63,890 nucleotides of DNA, filler included, from Licmophora abbreviata (GCA_900291995.1; 15 parts of 15 records of this genome joined end to end with filler, not necessarily neighbours in it), one strand, 5' to 3'; numbered from the whole stretch's first letter, positions 45,151-57,472 are shown. A program made the numbers and translations. Notes: generated by a model from the sequence alone, not told the origin.

Positions 45151-45412
45151 CACGAGTTATACCTCCAAGCATCGCGCTTGATCCCTATGACAGTTAGCTG
45201 GTACAAGTGCCAGGCGCGTTTTCGAGCATTTCTTTGGCTGAGCTAGTCTAAGCCGAGCATCATACACATACTCTGGTACAAGATTAAGTCTAGTCAAGAT
45301 AAACACTTCGTAGAACACTAAAACAGGACGCATAATACACATTTTAACTCGTACTCGTAGTCTTTTTAGCTATTGCGCGCTGTATCGCACACTCTCGCGC
45401 CAAGGCGCGGGC

Positions 45413-47254
45413 TCACGCGCTCTTTGGTAGTTTCTTGCCTTTGCGATCCTTGTGAAACAGGACTTTGTATTGTTTCCTGAAATGGGGCGCCGGAAAGGGC
45501 TGGTCCTGATCGGCTGCCACCTCCATCGCGACTTCTTCTAGCGCTTGTTCCACCCCGTATTCCTCGTCAGGCTCCTTCCACTTCGGTTTCGACTGTGTTC
45601 GCTCTAGCATTATCCTCTTGGAAAACTCGTAGACCCCAAACTGAATTCCGATCATAGGCACGACACTGACTAGTCGGGGAGCTAGACCACGATAGAACGC
45701 ACCCATACCCTCCTCTCGGAAGACCCGCATAGCACAATCGACAATGCCAGTGTAGGGATCACTCACTGCCCGAGATGTTTGCGTTACCAATCTGGTCTTG
45801 ATCGTATCCATCGGAATCATTATGCAGACCGTGATTGCGCTGGCAAGACAGCCCATGGCGGAATTTTCGAGATCGAATGGATCGCGCTGAAGTACATTTG
45901 CATGTATGCGCTTCAACTGCTGAAAAAAGGTCCACGTCAACGCCTGCATTTCGAATCACAAATAAACCGTCAGCCTGATGAAATCAATCACGTCGTGCAG
46001 GTACGGCACATCAGACAGAAAGCAGCACAAAATAACTTACATAGCTTGGGATTTTGCCTGCAAGTCCCGGCCACCATCCAGCATAGAACCCTTTGACGCC
46101 TCGTGATTTGGCCAGACCCACGACGGCATCCGGCAAATTCTGATAATTTCCGGCCATGATATTGTCCGTGATCATCATTTGAGGTGTCGAAACTACCGAG
46201 CAGCAAATGGTGCTCAGTGCACTGCTCAGAAAGTCTAATCCAGGGCCCAATCGATCCGCATTTCTCGACAACATCGGAGACTTCTCGACCAGCTTATTCA
46301 TTCGAAACCGGATCAACTCTAATACAGCAAAGTTGATGGCGCCGTGAGGGACACTCAGAACAAAGTTGGCGCCTGCACCACGTGTAAGTGTCTTGAAATT
46401 GCTTGGTTGAGCCAATGTACGAATCGTCGGCCGATCCACGCCCATTCGCGACTGGAGTATTGTTTTCATCGTATTTGCGGGCTACCATCAGTTCGCCAAG
46501 TAGGTGTGAAAGAACAAGTACATTCACAGTGAGTGAGTTCGATCAAAGAAGTGGTGGGTGCGTTGAGCCTGGCTGGGCTGCTAACTTCCGTCGCATAAAA
46601 ACTTACATGCATAATGGTCTGGGCAATGCTCCGGCTCACGGCACCGCACACCATGTTTTCCCAGAACACCAGAGGACGCGTCTGTACCAACTTGGTTGCA
46701 GCGGCCGACGCACCTCCTCGAGCGGTCGCCGGATCCACTTGAGATGGCGTCGTGGGTGTCACAACGGTCGACTTTTTCACAGAAGTTCCTGAAGCTGCCG
46801 TCTGCTGGGAAATGCACTCCTGAACTATTCTAGCTTCGCCCCCCGAGGAGCGGACCAGGCGGGTTGATGCCCGTGGGGAAGCCGAAAGACTCTCCGGTGC
46901 ATTCAGAAGCGCAGTATACTCGTCGTCGTCTCGCTCTTGCTGTAGCTCCTCGAAAAGACGGGTCGAGTGATGGGCAGTCGACTCTTTATTCCAGAAAGCC
47001 GCTTCGTCTCCAGTGCGCGAATGTGCAGACCGAACTTCCCGGTCATGATCGCGTGATGGTAAAACCAGATCAAGCCATCGACATTCGTTGCCACCAAATT
47101 TCGTCGACACTGCTGTTCTATGAATCTGACGCACCAGCCTGACACCCAACAGCGAACGTTCTGCAGTACACGTATATGACGCAATCGCACAAAGGGTAGT
47201 CAAGCAGATCAGCCATGCGGTCGGTATTCGGGGGCGATATGTGGTGCGCGCCAT
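45413..47254 (-). CDS. Mitochondrial carrier family protein with a long N-terminal extension, 3 exons
   Basis: Three Px[D/N]xx[K/R]-type signatures (H|PANTMKT, TPQMMIT, IPMDTIKTRL), FYRGLAPRL; GT-AG introns. Confidence 0.88.
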
Positions 47255-47763
47255 ATTTCTGTAGTGCGTCGAGAGTCGAAAAAGTGAAAACTTGAAAACT
47301 GGAAGACAGATTTCGTTTCAAAATAGATATCGAAAAGACCCAATCAGCCTCTTTGGTCACCAGGGGGTGTTGTGGGGTGTCTGTAGATCGGAGAAAGGCG
47401 TGATCAACGGCTTTTGGTCGTCGTTGATGGCACGTGGCATGATCCGAGTCGGATTGTGTGTTCGAAAGCGAGGTTGGGTTGATGGATTGATGGTGATAGA
47501 AGATTCGAAATGGAATAGCCCGAGATTCCTGTGCGTCGTATAGTCTATTAGACAATAAGGAATCTATGGAATGTACCTGAGGTTCAGGCTATGAGGCCCG
47601 AGCTCCCTTTGAGTCGAGTGAGTCGCGCGCCCTACGAGACTGTCGAGACACGAGTCTCGAGTCTGGACCCGCGATGGACGATGGAATCAGTCTACCGGTA
47701 TCGATCTTTGGTTCGCCTGAAAATAAACGAGCGATGAACCCTACTGAAGAAGATTGACTCAAA

Positions 47764-48566
47764 ATGATGTGGCTCTTCCTGACTGCGTTGGCCATGCTTA
47801 TCAACGAGGGAACCGCCCTTTCAAATACCAGGATTTGGCAGACACCTCGAGCACCCGCCATCACATGCCGGACTAGGCAGTCGATTGTGATTGCCATGGG
47901 CTCTCCTCTCCCAGCCGAGAAGCGATCTAGTATTGAAACAAGCCAGAATCCAATGTCGCCGAGAAGTCATCACAGCTCGTCTGGCAGGAGAAAGTTTGTG
48001 ATAAAAATCAGCGCCGCAGCATTATCGTCAGTTCTCTCTCTCGCAGCTACGACGACAACGAATCCTCGAGTGGCCAACGCTGATGATTTGGTAGACAACA
48101 CCAAGCCACTAGTATCTGGGACTGTCACTCTCCCATCAGGTGTAAGCTTGCCTCCCATGGAAGAGACAGTTCCAGCATCCGCACTCTACATTACGGCCCG
48201 TCCCAACTCCCCCGACAACGTTCCGTCTGCAATTTTGAGTGGGACCAAGGGGAGGCCACCACCAGTTCTCGCGGCACGGTTGACCGTAGATTCTTTTCCA
48301 GTAGATTTCCACTTGACATCGGCTGACCTCACAATGGAGGGAGCCACTGCTCAAGATGAGAACGGTGGCTACTGGTGGAAAGGACTAGATTTGGTCGTTA
48401 GTGCGCGATGGGATACAGATGGAGTCGCAGCTACAAGAGATCCGACTGACTTGGTAGGGAGAGGATGTTTCTTGGAAACGGAAAGGAAGGAGCTCTGATT
48501 GCTCTTCAGGGAAGGGGCTTTACGGGAAAGCTGGTGACTGGAAAGTCCTCCTCGGGTAAACAATGA
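47764..48566 (+). CDS. Predicted thylakoid-lumen protein with a CcmI/CycH C-terminal-like domain (1-nt frameshift near 48465)
   Basis: Signal peptide, transit peptide, twin-Arg RRKF + hydrophobic stretch + ANA-D; LYITAR, PVLAAR..FP..F.L..D, VVSARWDTDG..DLVG; shifted tail LQGRGFTGKLVTGK. Confidence 0.65.
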
Positions 48567-48670
48567 TGGGAAGATCAGGACGAGAAAGCAAGCTACTGTG
48601 ATCGTTTCTCTCTACTAGCTAGAGGCAACCCTCTGTCATCATTAGGTCCAGTTCTCCGCCTAAACATCAT

Positions 48671-50057
48671 TTATTTCTTATCCATGCTATTTGCCGATCC
48701 CTGAAATGCAGCAGCAGAAGCCTTCAATCGCGAGAACTTGGATCCTGTACGCGACTTGCGCCGCGACACTGGAGCAGCAGGCGCCTCGCCGCCAGCAGAC
48801 TCCGCTGCTGCTGCTGCCGCAGCAATCATCACACTGCTACTGCTTTTCTGCTGTTGCTCTTTCTGTAACTCAGACGCACGCCTGGCCGCTGCTTCGGCTC
48901 TCAACTGGCGCACGTCCACTTCCGTGCCATCCTTGTTCTTCAAAACAGCGGGGACCTTGCCATCCAAGCGCGCTCCGTCCCCCGCATTGACTGCCCAGTA
49001 GTCAACCTTCGGAGCAGTCACTGGAATGGCCGCATTCGACTGCACGCCGGTAGAACCTGCTCGCTCCGCCACGGCTATTTCTGGTTCCGGTGGGGGCTCG
49101 TCTGGAAGCACAATCTGTCCATTGACAATACGAGGTCCTTTGGGAAGGCTTTCGACATTCTCAGGCACACTGGACGCGGACGAGATCGTAGGGCTTGGAC
49201 ACGCCGAAGACGACTTGAGCGATGCATCCCGTTGACTGCCAGCTGTGCTACTGGGTTCTTTGTATCCGACGGGCGCGTCAAAGTCGACATTGCAGTCCGT
49301 CTCAATAATACACGCCGCGTCCTGTGGTTTGACCTCCTTGATTTCCAAAAAGTACTTTTTACTGTTGTACGGCACACAAATGACATCGCCCTTCGGTGAC
49401 ACAGCTGAAATTAGCGCAACGNNNNNNNNNNNNNNNNNNNNNNNNNNNNNNNNNNNNNNNNNNNNTTAATTAATTAANNNNNNNNNNNNNNNNNNNNNNN
49501 NNNNNNNNNNNNNNNNNNNNNGCACGGGGATTGGAAATCTCCAGAAAGTCCACGTGCTGCGGCTGGAGTTTGACAAAGGCAGCCTTTGGCAGACTGGCGT
49601 TCGTCACAGTAATGATATCGCCTTCTTCCATCAGCAAGTTCTGCATCATCCAGAAAGGAATGTAACAGCTTCCCTCTTCCGCGGTAAACTCCAGCACTCC
49701 CGAGTGTGTCATGGTTCCTTTTGCAGGACATTCCAGACGAAATAACATGGGATAGTCTACCTGCAAGCGAGCGAGTGTATCAAAGGCGGACGGAGGCAAT
49801 AGAATTTTGTCTCCTGCCTGAAATTTGGAGAGGAAGAGCGACAAAGAGAGATGCACAGGTAAATTAAGTCTTTGTTCGCCCTCCCTTAGCATGCCGTACA
49901 AACTCGATCACGCAGACACGGGTGTGAATTTTGAATTTCTTCATCCTACCTCCAAATGAGCTTTGTCCGCATACGCGACACTATAACAGTGATACTGCTC
50001 TTCAAACCTCTGAGGATAGCCACCACGGCTACCCACAAATCCCCATCCATGCATCAT
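48671..50057 (-). CDS. UFD1: Ubiquitin fusion degradation protein 1 (intron 49818-49949; spans gap)
   Basis: [62 protein letters not shown]-terminal FQGSAN. Confidence 0.93.
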
Positions 50058-50274
50058 GATGATGATGATGATGGTGCGCTGTGTTGATGTGACCGTTATG
50101 GGAATGGCGACGACGAACGAGTTCGGCAGTTTTCGCCGGTTTGGCTCCGGGTTCTTGACAAGTCTTGCTGTCGTCCGGTCTCAACTCTTTTTGCGATTCG
50201 AAACTTTTCCGTCTGTCTCCCACACATTCAAACCTACTCCGTATGCAGTTGAAGATTGTGACAAAGGGGCGACG

Positions 50275-51456
50275 ATGCGGATCAGCCGTCGTCATTTGGC
50301 CTTGTGGATATCCGCCGCGTCGTGTAGAACGTTTGCGACTGCTGCAAATGTCAGTGGAGGAAAAATCTCTCTTGCTTTTGTTCGATCCAACACTTTCACG
50401 CAGCGCCAGATCTTGTCTTCGTCATCCGCAGTATCCTGCAGGATGATGTCAACTTCAGATACGACTTCCAGAGTTCGTCGTGTTGCTCTGTGTCAGTTTC
50501 CGGTTTCCACCGATAAAAACAAGAATCATGACACTGCTGAGAGATACATTCGTCGTGCAGCACAAAAGGGAGCGCAGCTAGTGGTGCTGCCGGAAATTTG
50601 GAACGGTCCGTATGCCACGGCTGCGTTTGCCGAGTATGCCGAGGAGCTACCGAGTGTCGCAACAGAATATACTCCTGCGAGTTCAAGTCCGTCGGCGCTA
50701 CTCTTGCAAGAGCTGGCACGTGATTGCAACTTGTGGATTGTTGGAGGGAGCATCAGCGAAAGCGAAGGCAACAAGCTATACAATACATGTCTTGTGATCG
50801 ATCCTTCCGGGACCATTGTCGCCAAGCATCGTAAAGCGCACCTGTTTGACATTGACGTTCCTGGCGGCATCACCTTTCGAGAAAGCGATACCCTCTCTCC
50901 TGGAAATGGCTTGACTCACTTTGATACAAACGATCTCTTTGGAATGGTGGGACTCGGCATTTGGTACGTACCGAACCCATGATTCCGGGAGTTGTGTAGT
51001 ACCGGTATCAACTGACAGAAACTGTCTCGCCCTGCCCCTACCTGCAAATCTAGTTACGATATTCGGTTTCCTGAGTATGCTTTGTTGCTGAACCAACAGT
51101 TTCAATGCAACCTCTTGATTTATCCAGGAGCGTTCAATCTGACAACAGGCCCTGCTCACTGGGAGCTGCTGCAGCGTGCCCGAGCTGTCGACAATCAGTG
51201 CTTCGTCTTGACAGCATCCCCTGCCCGAACACCTGAGCCTGACGTCCCGGGAAAGTATCCACACTATACAGCCTGGGGTCATTCCACCATTGTCAGTCCG
51301 TGGGGAGAGATTGTAGCGACCTGCGATGAAAAGGAAGAGTTGGTACTGGCTGATCTCGACTTGGAGAAGGTTGCGGAGATGAGACAGGGTATTCCGACGG
51401 GTTTGCAAAAGAGAACAGACTTGTACACATTGCAAGCTGCAACAAATAAGGAGTAG
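50275..51456 (+). CDS. NIT2: Omega-amidase (nitrilase family), organelle-targeted; intron 50964-51053
   Basis: VLPEIWNGPY, HRKAHLFDIDVPG..F.ES, spliced GICYDIRFPE, YPGAFNLTTGPAHW. Confidence 0.92.
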
Positions 51457-51736
51457 TAAAACATTAGAATTGTCGAGCTATCTGACAGGTACCGGTACCA
51501 AGAGGGCTTTCCCCCTCCATGGCATCGTCCTCTTCGTCGGAGAAGTGGATTCGTGACTCAACCACTTGGGGTGCTCATCGGGACTCAATTGACAGAAGGG
51601 ATTCGATTCAGCTCGTGACTGCGCACGAGCCCTTGCTTCTCGATTCATGCCACACGCCACACAGAAGCGCAGCGTCGACCATGGCATCGGGACTTTTCAT
51701 GCCCACCTCATACGCTCGGACCTGAACAGAACTACC

Positions 51737-53602
51737 ATGGCTCTTTTGCTCGAAACTACATTGGGGGACCTTGTGATTGATTTAGACGTTCAAGGCTCTC
51801 CGAAACTGTGTCGAAACATCTTAAAATTGGCCAAGGCTCGCTATTACACGAATTGTTTGGTGAACAACGTACAGCCAAACCGCTTTTGTCAGACTGGGGA
51901 TCCTTCCGGTGATGGAAATGGCGGTGCCTGTATCTTTGGACTCATCGACTCTAACAATAATGAGAGCAGCGGCGCTGATATCAAACAGAATCCCAAGCGA
52001 TTCCTCAAGAGTCAAGGGCGCATATTGTCCAACGCCGAATGTCAAGAAAGGGGACGCGTCGTGGCAACCGAGCTCAACGGCATCCCCGATACGATTGGCT
52101 CTCAGTTCCTCATTACTCTCAGGGAAGGTCCGGACCGTGCGTTAGATGGATATCGCATGACAACAGCCACAACGAGTGGTACTACAGACGACACGAGCGA
52201 CAGACCTCCTCACTACTATTCTCTCGGGAGCGTCACGGAGGACGACAAGAACGTGCTGGATCAGATTCATGATAGTTATTGTGATGCTCAGGGAAGGCCG
52301 TATGCAGATATTCGTATCATAAGGGCACTGGTACTTCATGATCCATTTGATGATCCACCTGGAATGGACGACTTGTTGCACTCGCGTGGTGTCCTCGTTG
52401 CGAAGAACGGGGACGTCACGGCATCTCCCAGTTTTGAGAGGCCAAAAGAAGAGCATGTAGAGGTGCGCATACCCGCCGACCAGGTGGAACCTGACGAAGA
52501 TGACGAGCAAGCATCGCGAGAACAGGATGAACGAATTCGAAAAAAAGAGGATAAGAGTCGTGCAGTCGTATTGGAAATGTTGGGCGATCTTCCGTCGGCC
52601 GAGATCAAGGCGCCTGAGAATGTCTTGTTCATATGCAAACTGAATTCCGTTACAGACGACGAAGACTTGGAGCTCATCTTTTCGAGATTCGATCCGGATG
52701 TGAAAGTGGAAATCATTCGCGACGGGGAAACGGGAGCGTCTCTCCAGTACGCCTTTGCAGAGTTTACGACCAAGGACCAGTGCGTTGAAGCGTACTTCAA
52801 AATGAACAATGTACTCATTGACGACCGGCGTGTCAAGGTGGATTTCAGTCAAAGTGTAGCCAAAATTTGGAACAGATATGCGCAGCGAATGCGAGGCGAC
52901 TCTTCTGCTGGGCAAGGGCGATACAGTTCTGGTAGGGGCGGTCGGGGAGGAGGACGAGGGAGGGGACACACTGGAAGTCGGGGACCTGGGCGGGACTACT
53001 CGCGACAACCGCCGGGTCGGCGTGATGACGTGCACAGCCGGCGGGCCCTACCTCATAGAAATGGGAAACCAGGTTTCCACAAAGAGGACGACCGGTTTGG
53101 CGAAGCGCGACGTCACGCTCATTCTCTATCTCCACGTCGTGAAGGTGGACGTCGGGACGACCGATACAACGACAACCGATACAGTCGACAGAGGGACCCT
53201 GAAAGAGAGGAAGCGCGCCGCCATGATAGCCGAGAACGCAAGAGAAACTCGCGAAGTCCTTCATCTGATAGTCGAGACTGGAAACGACGAAGGCAAGACC
53301 ATCACAGCACACGGCGGCATAAGCACGAGAGGAGACACCGTGCCGATGAAGAACGACGTGGACGTCACGAAGAAGATAGCGGGGACGTGAGAAAGCCGCG
53401 TAGCGACGACAAAGCAGACCGACGAGATGATGAACGCAAGAAACGCAGGCGACATGAACATGAGGGGAAGGGTCACCGAAGACACAAGCATAGGCGTGAC
53501 CGAGACGAACATGGCGACGACGAACGGCGAGAACGAAAGCACAGAAAACGACATCGACGAAGCCGCAGTCGGAGTCCCAGCGATAGCAAAAGTCAGAATT
53601 GA
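51737..53602 (+). CDS. PPIL4: Cyclophilin-RRM-RS protein (PPIL4/CYP59/Rct1)
   Basis: LLETTLGDLVIDL, QTGDP, PENVLFICKLN.VT.DEDLELIFSRF, AYFKMNNVLIDDRRVKVDFSQSV, R/S/H-rich tail. Confidence 0.93.
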   Translation: MALLLETTLGDLVIDLDVQGSPKLCRNILKLAKARYYTNCLVNNVQPNRFCQTGDPSGDGNGGACIFGLIDSNNNESSGADIKQNPKRFLKSQGRILSNAECQERGRVVATELNGIPDTIGSQFLITLREGPDRALDGYRMTTATTSGTTDDTSDRPPHYYSLGSVTEDDKNVLDQIHDSYCDAQGRPYADIRIIRALVLHDPFDDPPGMDDLLHSRGVLVAKNGDVTASPSFERPKEEHVEVRIPADQVEPDEDDEQASREQDERIRKKEDKSRAVVLEMLGDLPSAEIKAPENVLFICKLNSVTDDEDLELIFSRFDPDVKVEIIRDGETGASLQYAFAEFTTKDQCVEAYFKMNNVLIDDRRVKVDFSQSVAKIWNRYAQRMRGDSSAGQGRYSSGRGGRGGGRGRGHTGSRGPGRDYSRQPPGRRDDVHSRRALPHRNGKPGFHKEDDRFGEARRHAHSLSPRREGGRRDDRYNDNRYSRQRDPEREEARRHDSRERKRNSRSPSSDSRDWKRRRQDHHSTRRHKHERRHRADEERRGRHEEDSGDVRKPRSDDKADRRDDERKKRRRHEHEGKGHRRHKHRRDRDEHGDDERRERKHRKRHRRSRSRSPSDSKSQN

Positions 53603-53630
53603 TAGATAAATCAAAATACACTGCCTTCTG

Positions 53631-55199
53631 CTATTGTCTCCAGTTGCTTCGCTCAAGTACGAAGATTGCGGCGTGAGTTACAACATCGAAACGCCCAATG
53701 TCGAGACGCGGGTGCCCTTCAGCTAGTCCGACTGTATGAAACCCATCAATATTGCTTTCTTCCGACAGCAAGTGCGAGAAATTTGCAAAAGAGAGCACTC
53801 CATTCTTATCCTCATAACCACCTTTTTCTATGGACAGCTCGGGATACAGCCCATAAGCTTCATGTTGTCCAAACAACGACACCCCCGACATGGCAGATCC
53901 GACATCAATCCATACACTCGCAGCTTTTCCCTCTCCTCTCTGTTGCAAGTACTCTGTCAGCTGCTTCAAAGCCTCTCCCCCCGGATAGTTGTGTCGAGAT
54001 ATTTGGAGAAACAGCAAACTGCCGAGGAGTGTTGCAGCCATGCATCCCAGACCAGCCAGGAAAGCCAGCTGCGATACTCGGGATGCCTTCTTGCCTTTGT
54101 CTGGAAATGCCCACTGATGGATCCGACTCAATCCCGCTGCTGCCGCCAGGTTGATCAAGGGCATGACGGGAAACAAGAATCGCATCTCCTTGTGTCCCAA
54201 ACACGAATACATCCCCAAAAACCCTAGTACTGGAACGAGATAGGGTATCCACGTGGTATCAACCGACCACACCCGCGGAAGTCGCAGAATGGAAAAAGGC
54301 ACTAGCAAGGCCGTCAAGAGCATAGCCTTAGGCAAAGCATGAGTGACATACCAGTGCCACGGCGACGTTCCCCAGTCACTGGACTTGCCCAAGATGGTAT
54401 TGTAGTAAAATACTTGCCCTTCGGGCCATACCCACTGTTGCCACAGGAGCGAGTCGAGCGGGACCGTTACGAGCAAACTCAGAACACCCGTCACGACGCC
54501 TACATTTACAGCCTGCCACGGACTTAAGTCTCTTCGAACTAGCCAAACGAGGCCAACCGCAAATAGCAGTAAGACGACATCGCATCGAAAAACGGCAGTC
54601 GCCACAACGAGACAGGCTGCTGCATATCGATATCTCTGGTGTATCCAGAAGGCGTAGCCATGCAACACGACCACCAAGGCAAACGTGTTGGGCAGCATAC
54701 GACTTGCATAAAAGGGCATGTGAAACTGACAGGCCGTAACTAGCCACAGATAGCGAGCTGTTAGCGTACCACTGTTCAATTTCTTGGTGGACATAAGAGC
54801 ACGTGCGACTCGAGACCAGGCGTGCCAATTAAGCACCAACAGAATCAAGCGGGCGAGAAACTGAATATCGAGCGGCGACAGCTGATAGAAAGGTGATAGC
54901 ATCCACGTAAGCAGCCTGCAAGCTGATGCTAGAACTAGGGGCCCAGCGAAGGTGCGAGGCACGACGCCTGGATACTGAAGGTGATCGTACGGCGGCAACA
55001 CTGCTGACATATCACTGCTGGCGACGAAGGAGGACAGCAGCGACTTGGACACGCCATAGTAGTACAAATCGTGGGTCGCCTGCAGGTTGAAGCTCTCCTC
55101 CACCTTTGAATGGGGACAGAGGACCAACGCTGAGAAGGATATTGATATGAACAAGCCCTGAGGCAGTCGATTCATCGCCCAAGAGGCGACTCTCATCAT
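53631..55199 (-). CDS. ALG12: Dol-P-Man alpha-1,6-mannosyltransferase (GT22)
   Basis: KVEESFNLQATHD, YDHLQYPGVVPRTF.G, QFHMPFYASRMLPN, WPEG, HKEMRF, NYPGG. Confidence 0.94.
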   Translation of the reverse strand: MMRVASWAMNRLPQGLFISISFSALVLCPHSKVEESFNLQATHDLYYYGVSKSLLSSFVASSDMSAVLPPYDHLQYPGVVPRTFAGPLVLASACRLLTWMLSPFYQLSPLDIQFLARLILLVLNWHAWSRVARALMSTKKLNSGTLTARYLWLVTACQFHMPFYASRMLPNTFALVVVLHGYAFWIHQRYRYAAACLVVATAVFRCDVVLLLFAVGLVWLVRRDLSPWQAVNVGVVTGVLSLLVTVPLDSLLWQQWVWPEGQVFYYNTILGKSSDWGTSPWHWYVTHALPKAMLLTALLVPFSILRLPRVWSVDTTWIPYLVPVLGFLGMYSCLGHKEMRFLFPVMPLINLAAAAGLSRIHQWAFPDKGKKASRVSQLAFLAGLGCMAATLLGSLLFLQISRHNYPGGEALKQLTEYLQQRGEGKAASVWIDVGSAMSGVSLFGQHEAYGLYPELSIEKGGYEDKNGVLSFANFSHLLSEESNIDGFHTVGLAEGHPRLDIGRFDVVTHAAIFVLERSNWRQ

Positions 55200-55535
55200 G
55201 GTGATGGTCCGTCGCCGTCGAGAAAAACTGAAGCGCGCCGCAGTTCCAAATTTTAGTCGGAGGAGTCGTACTTTGGGTGAACAATCCGATCTCAAACTTG
55301 GCAAGAAGTGCGATGCGGCGTTGACTCACTCAATGAGATTCCATNNNNNNNNNNNNNNNNNNNNNNNNNNNNNNNNNNNNNNNNNNNNTTAATTAATTAA
55401 NNNNNNNNNNNNNNNNNNNNNNNNNNNNNNNNNNNNNNNNNNNNTTCCATTCATTCATTCGTCCGCGGGCCCAGTCGATACTTTCCAAACGAGCTTTCGT
55501 TGCTTTGTTGTTAAACATCGATGAACGAGCGCATA

Positions 55536-56519
55536 ATGATCCGGAGCGTGCGAGCTGCCCTACTAGTTCTGTGCTGTCTTACAAACACCTCGCCTGCAGC
55601 AGCGTTTCAAACCGCGTCGCTGCCACTGCGTGCTACAATTGCATGGCAGCACTCATCACCTCTACTCAACGTCTCCCCTTCCGTCAACCGATCAGGTCTT
55701 GGTCGCGCGACGGGCTTTCATATTGCTTCACGACAACACAGAAATGCAAACTCGCAGTCATGGCTGGAATCGATGGCAGATGGAGCAGAAGAATCTGACG
55801 TCTCCTCTTCAGTCGATGTGGATGCTTTGCTCAAGTACCACGGTGCAGTTGCGGTCCAGTTTACGCTATTTGCAGCTTCACTTGCCGCCTTGGATATGCT
55901 GGTCGATACCATCGGTATCCAAGTTCCCTTCCCGATGGTAGCTGCCCTCTTCTACGCCGCGTCACTCAAATCTCGTGTATTCAATCCCCTCAACAACGCG
56001 CGGCCCAAGATGCCCGTGGGTGGCGACAGCGACACGCCTTCCAAGGGATTTCGCGACCGCGTCATGCCCTCCTGGACTCCTCCCGGCGTTATCTTCCCCA
56101 TCATGTGGCTCCTCCTCATCGGACCCACGCGGGCGTATACATCGGCCCTCGTGTACGAGTCAGCCCACCACTTTCTCAACCCAGCCTTGCTGGCGTTTCT
56201 GTTTCATCTCAGCGTATGCGATGTGTGGAATACGATAAACAACAATGAGAGCCGGTATGGAGCGTCAGTGACGGGTGTATTGTGTGTGACTGCATCTGCA
56301 GTGAACGCTGCCTACCAATATTTTACTGTCGATGAAATGGCTGGAAACTTTCTGGGACTGACGTTGTTGTGGTTTGCTGTAGCCTCCTCGTTGGTCACAG
56401 CAACATGGAAGCTCAATCCTGACCCTGTGACTGGTGAAAAGGAGCCGCTGTATCCGACAGTGGGAAAACGAAAGACAGAGTTTGCATGGTTTCAACCGAG
56501 CTTTTTGGAAAGTCAGTGA
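55536..56519 (+). CDS. TspO/MBR family protein with plastid presequence
   Basis: Signal peptide ending AAA-F; PSWTPPGVIFPIMW, WN, multiple TM helices. Confidence 0.85.
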   Translation: MIRSVRAALLVLCCLTNTSPAAAFQTASLPLRATIAWQHSSPLLNVSPSVNRSGLGRATGFHIASRQHRNANSQSWLESMADGAEESDVSSSVDVDALLKYHGAVAVQFTLFAASLAALDMLVDTIGIQVPFPMVAALFYAASLKSRVFNPLNNARPKMPVGGDSDTPSKGFRDRVMPSWTPPGVIFPIMWLLLIGPTRAYTSALVYESAHHFLNPALLAFLFHLSVCDVWNTINNNESRYGASVTGVLCVTASAVNAAYQYFTVDEMAGNFLGLTLLWFAVASSLVTATWKLNPDPVTGEKEPLYPTVGKRKTEFAWFQPSFLESQ

Positions 56520-56606
56520 GCCAGCTTGCTTAACATCGGAATGTTTAAGATACAGGCAGTCAGTAATAGAGTTCTATCTATTAGCTCTCTAGGAGAGACT
56601 TACTAT

Positions 56607-57152
56607 TCAGTGCTTCGATCGTTTTGATCTCTTGGCGGGCCCAGTCTTTCCAGCTTTCCTCGCGGACTTCGACGACATAATCCTCTGACGTCCAGCAATT
56701 TTCGAGCCACATCGCTTCGACTTGGGCAGGTTTCTTAACCGTTTGGCTCCTCCACACCGATCTTGTCCGTGCATATGTACAAGTGCTGCAAAGACGCCGT
56801 CTGCGCTAACACTTTTGTCGGCGAGGGACGCATCAGGAAAAGTACTCGGCGCTGGCAATCGGACCGGTTGCTCTCGTTCTTGTTTTCTCTGCAACATGGC
56901 GTCTTGAACTTCCAGGGCTCGGACCTTGGCCATCTCTTGTAACCTCCAGGCTTCTTGTTCAATCTCTTCCGCCTTTTCTTGTTGACAAGCCTTTGTACGC
57001 AGCAATTGAGCAGCAGCGCTCGTTTTGTTTGCAGGTAACGACGACCCGAACTCTGACAAATCGAGCCCTTGCGCGAAACAAGATTCAAAGGCGCCCTTTT
57101 TGGACTTTGGACCTTCTCTGTTCAGCCGCGAGGCTCTCTGCAAGCTGGACAT
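56607..57152 (-). CDS. Basic hypothetical protein (start uncertain)
   Basis: Long ORF with a coiled-coil segment and K/R-rich tail, divergent from the next gene. Confidence 0.5.
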   Translation of the reverse strand: MSSLQRASRLNREGPKSKKGAFESCFAQGLDLSEFGSSLPANKTSAAAQLLRTKACQQEKAEEIEQEAWRLQEMAKVRALEVQDAMLQRKQEREQPVRLPAPSTFPDASLADKSVSADGVFAALVHMHGQDRCGGAKRLRNLPKSKRCGSKIAGRQRIMSSKSARKAGKTGPAKRSKRSKH

Positions 57153-57472
57153 GGAGACTTGAAAACAAAGCAAAGCCCACATGCATGGTGGGATGGTGGG
57201 ATTCGAAGATGTCGGTGAGTGCGCGGTGAGTGAGGCGGTTGTGTTGGATCCAAACGGGTGGCCACGCGACGACGGTAGAGGATAGGATCTGGTGCGACCG
57301 CCAGACGACAGTCTAGAGCAACCCGGAGTCCACGCCGTTGACGCAGTATCTTCTCCTCTTGCGCAGGAAGCCTTTTCTTGGATGTGGACGTTTGCACTCC
57401 TTGCGTCGTCTACCGTCTGAGGGACCCAAGAACAACTAGATAGAACTCCTGAAGACTTGTATCTACTGAACG

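Noticed and set aside
50053..50073. Poly-Met ORF start MMMMMM at 50056
   Set aside because: A (GAT)n microsatellite in the UFD1 5' region; the NIT2 presequence begins at 50275
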